Source: Lama glama
Lineage: Eukaryota
Length of the DNA stretch: 64,000 bases
NCBI GenBank assembly: GCA_028534125.1
Contig: CM052828.1
Span: 60,822,001-60,886,000, forward strand
Direction of reading: 5' to 3'
In this document: positions 58,771 through 64,000 of the stretch, one piece after another
How the letters are laid out: each line of letters begins with the position of its first letter
How positions within the stretch are numbered: the stretch's first letter is position 1
Translations under genes and position numbers: made by a program
Notes under the pieces: generated by a model
Database searches by the model: none
The model's input: only the letters and a program-made list of their open reading frames with translations
Told to the model about the DNA's origin: nothing

Positions 58771-61700
58771 GGAAAAGGCTTTAATTAGCAGCATTTGAAA
58801 AACACACCTAGGTATTTAGGCAAAATCGGGTTGACCCCGCCACTCGTTGGGGAGAGTACGCCGCGTCATAAGCCGTCGGCAGGCGTGCGAGGCCTGCTGC
58901 CCAGCGCCGTGCCCCCGGCCCCAGGACGGGGCGGGGGAGACCGGGGGTGCAGCAGCCCAGGGACGGCCGCTGTGGCTTCCAGTCACCCAGCGGCGCTGCT
59001 TCCGTGGACTCGCAGTGATCTCGTCTCCGAGTGGCGTGCCCTGGTCACGGGAAGGGGCCTGTGTCCTGGACAGCACATCAAAGGCGCCATCTGTTTCCTC
59101 AGATTGTGAGCTGGGCCAGCCTCTCCTGGAAGCAGGGGTGAAGGGACAGAAACTGAGCACGGACGCCCTTCGACTTGGGCGTGGCCCTGTCTCCCTTTGT
59201 CTCGTTTCCCTGTGCCTGTGGGGGCAGGGCTGGCGCAGCCCCTGGGCTCCCCACGGCTGTGCCTCCGGGATGCAGTCCACGGAGCCCGCCTCCCTCCTGC
59301 GTCCTCGCTCTCAGGACCTGGCAGGTCACCGCCAGGAGCTGGGGACCTGGCCCAAGTCTCGCAGGTGCACATCTTTAGTCACCGCCGTGTCTCAGAAAGA
59401 TGGGAACCAGCAGCAGGACGCCGCCCCTTCTGGGACCCAGGCTGTCCCCTGACCTGTGGTCCCCAGCAGGGAGGACATGTCATCCAGCGCTCCGCGCTCT
59501 GTGAGCACTCGTGGGAGGAGGGGCACTGAGCCAGGGAACTTAAGCAAAGGCCCCACCACACTGGCTTTGGGCAGGGGGATGGAGGCGCTGGCTTAGCCCA
59601 AGTGCGGCGCCTGCTGCTCTCATCCTGCCACCGACCGGCTGCACTTAGTCAGCTCCCAGAGGCCCAGGAGCCTCCGAGCCTCCAAGTCACACAGTGTAAA
59701 CAGCACGGAGCTGACCTGCCCGGCCCACGGTGTGCGAGGCTCCGACGCGCCGAGGGTGCCCGGCCGGCCGGCCTGCAGCAGGCGCAGCCCTGGGCGGGGG
59801 CGGCCCGGGGGCCCTGGACACCCCCCTGCTGGGATGCGGGGGGCACCGGGCTGCAGGCTGAGCGGCTCCCGGGGGACGGTGCCGCCCACCGCGCGCAGCC
59901 TGTGACGCCTCCTCTCCCCCGAGCTGGACGCCCGGCAGCAGGAACTTGCCAGTTTATTTCAGGAACGCCTGGGGCCGCTTCCTCCCTCCGGCCTCGTGGG
60001 TGTTTGTTTGGACTGGAGGCTTCCTGAGCCCCAAGGTGTTTCTGGCCGCCGCTGCGAGCCCCTCACGGAAGCCCCTCACGGAAGCCCCTCTCTAAGGAAG
60101 GAAGCGCCCAGGACAGGTCGTGGTGCCGGAGCCTCGCCCGCTCGGCAGGCCTCCCCCGCCCCCGACACCACAGGGCTTTCTCCTGCGTCCTGCGAGGCTG
60201 CGGGCAGGCGAGGGCCCGTGTTGCAGGTGGCGTGGGCCCCGTCTGCAGCTGCCCAGTGCACCCTCGGTGCCCGCGGGCGTCACAGGGAGGCTCTGCGGTC
60301 TTTCTTGGGACGCAGTAAACCCAAGGCCACCAGAGGTCGTGTGCTGCCAGCACCCGGCGCCTTGCCCCACGTCTCTGGAGTCTGCCTGGCTTCCAGCTGT
60401 CCCCGCGGAGCCCTGCCGGGCGCCAGAGACCACGTCCTCCTGCCCTCGGGTCGCATTCAGCTCTCGTGTGAGCCTGCCCTGCAGACCCGGAGCCTCTGTG
60501 CCGTGTCCTTGGTGGGAAGACCCCGCGATGGCCGAGCGGGCAGCGTCACGTGGAGACCCGGGGGCCCCCCGGTCTTGGTCCTGCCTGTGGCCCCAGCTGC
60601 GGTGTTGGAGGCACCGGGCTTCGAGTTGCTCACAGTCTGGTGAGGAGGGACGGGTGGCGCTGTCCGTGGGGCATGGGGACAGGTGCCGGGTGTCTGTGTA
60701 TTTCTTTCACCAAAAATGTGTGCCGTTCACACGGCTTTTGAGAAAGGTTAGAAATGAGGTGCTGGGTGGTCCAGTCTGGTTCGGTTTTCTTGGCCTCTGG
60801 TTCTGAGGCCCTGGACTCCAGCAGGGATGGCTATAGGGCAGACACAGTGCAGGTGGCCGTCCCCACAGGTTTCTGGGGGACCACACTCCTGTGCGGAGCC
60901 CTTTCTGCCTCACAGGGTGCCCTCTGGGATGGAGCTGAGCTGTCCGCATCCTTCCCCAGTGCCCCAACGTCCCAGCGTCTTCCCCCTCTGCATTGGGGGG
61001 GTCAGCCAGGCAGACGCGGCTGGCAGTCACCTGCCAAGTAGCAGACCACCCTGACATGTTTCTCTCTGGGTGGCGCCGTTTTTACTGGAAGGGACCATTT
61101 TACTGGGCTCTAAGCATTGGCTCAGCCAAGCGGCACAGTAGAAATTCTCCCAGGTCCCCGAGAATGTTTTTACAGATCCACTTCCCAGCTGGAGGGGAGG
61201 GCCCCATCGCTCCTTCTCCTTCATCGCAGGAGCCCCTCCCTCCCTCCCTCCCTCAGGGCCTGGAAACAGGAGGGGGGTCACTGCTGACTGTGGGGCCACT
61301 GAGGGGTGCGACTAGGGTGTCAGGTGGAGTCTGTTCCCTGGACAGACGCCCGTGTGTCTGCGGCACGCAGGACACCAGAACGGCAGGTCGGAGCCAGCCC
61401 AGCCTCTCCGTGGTCCGGGCCCCACGGTCCTCTCCCTTTCGGGGAGCGCTGGGCACCGCCTGGTGCTGGCGGTTACACCCGGGTGGGGCTGCGGGAAGCC
61501 CTGTGTGGGCCCGGGAAACCTCCAGCAGCCTCAGCACCCGGGCAGGGCTGCCCCCGGGGGAGACTCAGCCTGCACCGCCAGCCCCAGCGCTGTGGCTCTG
61601 GGCCCGCCGCCTCCACCTCCGGACTCAGGGGGTCTTCTCCGTCTGTCCGCTGACTTCTGTCCTAACTCAGTGAGGGAGTGGTCTCAAGGGGCCGTGTGCC

Positions 61701-62211
61701 CCCTGCCCTGCCCGGCGCACGCCAGGCTGTGACCACTTCGCTCGTGCCTCTCCCCAGCCGCCGGGCACTCCACACGGCGGGGGCCCCGAGTTGTCCAACC
61801 GACCCTCCCTGGCCTTGCGGATCTGCGCTCTGGCTCTGTCAGGGTGGCCGTCAGGACCGCCGACCCTGGAAGGACTCGACTGTCCTGACTCCCAGAGGCT
61901 TCGTGGGGTGGGGGGGCGAGGGTGGGGCCCAAGCCTGCCCCCACTCCCTAGCCCCACGGCTGGGCGGGCAGATCTAGGGCTCCAGGGGGTCCCCTCGCTG
62001 AAGTGGGGACCCAAGGGTCCTCTCCCTGTGCAGTGGGAGCCACTGTGACCTGCAGAGATGGGGGGGCAGCGTGTGACCTGGGCAGCTTCTCGTTCCCTTG
62101 TTAGCACATCAGACGCCTTGTCCTGTGCTCTGCCCGTTGGTTCAGGATCCCATGTGGGCAGTTAAGTGCTTTGTGACACAGGTGGCCCTGGATCATGGGG
62201 TTCCGTGTAGC

Positions 62212-63018
62212 CCCCCTGCACTGTCCCTCCCCCTCTAACTGTCCACACCCCCTCCCTGCACTGTCCACCCCCTCCCTGCACTGTCCCTCCCCCAACTGTC
62301 CACCCCCTCCCTGCACTGTCCATCCCCTCCCTGCACTGTCCCNNNNNNNNNNNNNNNNNNNNNNNNNNNNNNNNNNNNNNNNNNNNNNNNNNNNNNNNNN
62401 NNNNNNNNNNNNNNNNNNNNNNNNNNNNNNNNNNNNNNNNNNNNNNNNNNNNNNNNNNNNNNNNNNNNNNNNNNNNNNNNNNNNNNNNNNNNNNNNNNNN
62501 NNNNNNNNNNNNNNNNNNNNNNNNNNNNNNNNNNNNNNNNNNNNNNNNNNNNNNNNNNNNNNNNNNNNNNNNNNNNNNNNNNNNNNNNNNNNNNNNNNNN
62601 NNNNNNNNNNNNNNNNNNNNNNNNNNNNNNNNNNNNNNNNNNNNNNNNNNNNNNNNNNNNNNNNNNNNNNNNNNNNNNNNNNNNNNNNNNNNNNNNNNNN
62701 NNNNNNNNNNNNNNNNNNNNNNNNNNNNNNNNNNNNNNNNNNNNNNNNNNNNNNNNNNNNNNNNNNNNNNNNNNNNNNNNNNNNNNNNNNNNNNNNNNNN
62801 NNNNNNNNNNNNNNNNNNNNNNNNNNNNNNNNNNNNNNNNNNCCTGCACTGTCCATCCCCTCCCTGCGCCATCCACCACCCTCCCTGCACTGTCTACCCC
62901 CCTCCCTGCACTGTCCACCCTCTCCCTGCACTGTCCACCCTCTCCCTGCACTGTCCACCCCCTCCCTGCACTGTCCACCCCCTCCCTGCACTGTCCACCC
63001 TCTCCCTGCACTGTCCAT
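62212..63018. repeat. Minisatellite, ~20-bp unit CCCTCCCTGCACTGTCCACC, spanning a 500-N assembly gap (62343-62842)
   Basis: Near-perfect units on both sides of the N run. Confidence 0.93.
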
Positions 63019-64000
63019 CTCTCCTCTTAACTGTCCTGCCTGGCATTTCGGGATAAGTTTCCTTGACCTGCAGGAGCAGTGATCAGGCTCTCAGGTCCCC
63101 ACTACTTCACTTTGTCCTGGTCCTGGAGAAGCAGTCTGGCCTCGACTTTCCTTCCTGCCTGTGAGTTTGCCCTGATTCCCTCCTCACGGACCCTTCCGTG
63201 CACATGTCTGTGTCAGGCTGGCCTCTGCATCCCCGTGGACAGACCTCCCCGTGCCCCACGGCCGTGTCCCTGGGGGTGAGCGTGAGGGGACAGTGCGGTC
63301 AGACCCCAGCGCGAGCGAGGCTGTGGTTTCCTCCGACAGCCAGAAGTGGAGTTGTGAGTTCACTTAGAGAAAGTCAGGGACGGCCTCTAGGTTGTCACCC
63401 CTGCTCTGCTCCTGCCAGGAGCTGCCGCACTTTCAGAAACAGAGCATCTCCTGCACTGAGCGCTTGGGGAGGGGCGTCCACTCTGCTCTGGGGCACCGAG
63501 GACTGAGTCTCCACCAGCCAGGAAATGGGCTGTTTCACTCAGAATTGAAAGTTCCCTTTAGGAACATAATTCAGGTTGTTGTGGGTAGTTTTACAGAGAA
63601 TCAGAACTGACTTTTAGAAAAGCACGTGTGCTCACATGCAGGTGAGCATCCTGGCGGCTAATGCAAAAAGGGGAAATGTTTGGACACAAGGTCACATGCA
63701 GAAAAAAGGTCCTTCTGGAAGGAATTCTGGAGGAGCAGTCGTTCAGCTGCGCTGGAAGCGTTGGAGCCCTCAGTGGGTGATGACATCCTTGAAACGCTTT
63801 CTCTTGTTTGGAAAATGCAAGCACCTGGAAGTACTGAGCTCACAGCGCTGAGCCTCGGGGAGGCCCTTTCAAAGCGGGCAGAGCTTCCGCACCGCCTGTT
63901 CCAGGCAAGCCCAGCCTGAAGCGGGGACCTGACGGGCCCAGACTGTCCCAGTGCTGTGCCGCCGTCCTGGCCGAGCTAGACTGTCCTTACCTGCTTGGGC

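Noticed and set aside
62212-63018. CRISPR-like array
   Set aside because: Head-to-tail repeats without unique spacers, in mammalian DNA.
62101-63082. ORFs of 242-305 aa
   Set aside because: Artefacts of translating a minisatellite and 500 Ns.

Overview
Mammalian genomic DNA, GC- and CpG-rich, with one 500-N assembly gap (62343-62842). The tRNA-derived SINE and L1 3' ends point to a cetartiodactyl, most likely a camelid (inference). The window holds the 3' part of ATP11A (P4-ATPase phospholipid flippase, + strand): eight constitutive coding exons between 476 and 12307 with consistent splice phases, a cluster of alternative C-terminal exons (13477-16655), and a ~3.6 kb 3' UTR ending near 20280. 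About 6 kb downstream the 5' end of MCF2L (Dbs/Ost RhoGEF, + strand) begins, with two CpG-island promoters and three alternative phase-1 N-terminal coding exons. The rest is intronic DNA with old, strongly GC-shifted L1/MLT1/MIR/MER5/Tigger fragments, a few younger SINE/L1 insertions and a minisatellite across the gap. Nearly all long ORFs in the supplied track are GC-content artefacts. I see no new gene system. The most interesting unexplained structure is splicing logic: a 24-nt in-frame ATP11A microexon, a candidate poison exon, an ATP11A tail-exon cassette whose stop-codon spacing would let NMD enforce mutual exclusivity, and a Cys-rich alternative MCF2L N-terminus under upstream ORFs. Comparisons to human/mouse proteins and repeat consensi are from memory and need confirmation by alignment.
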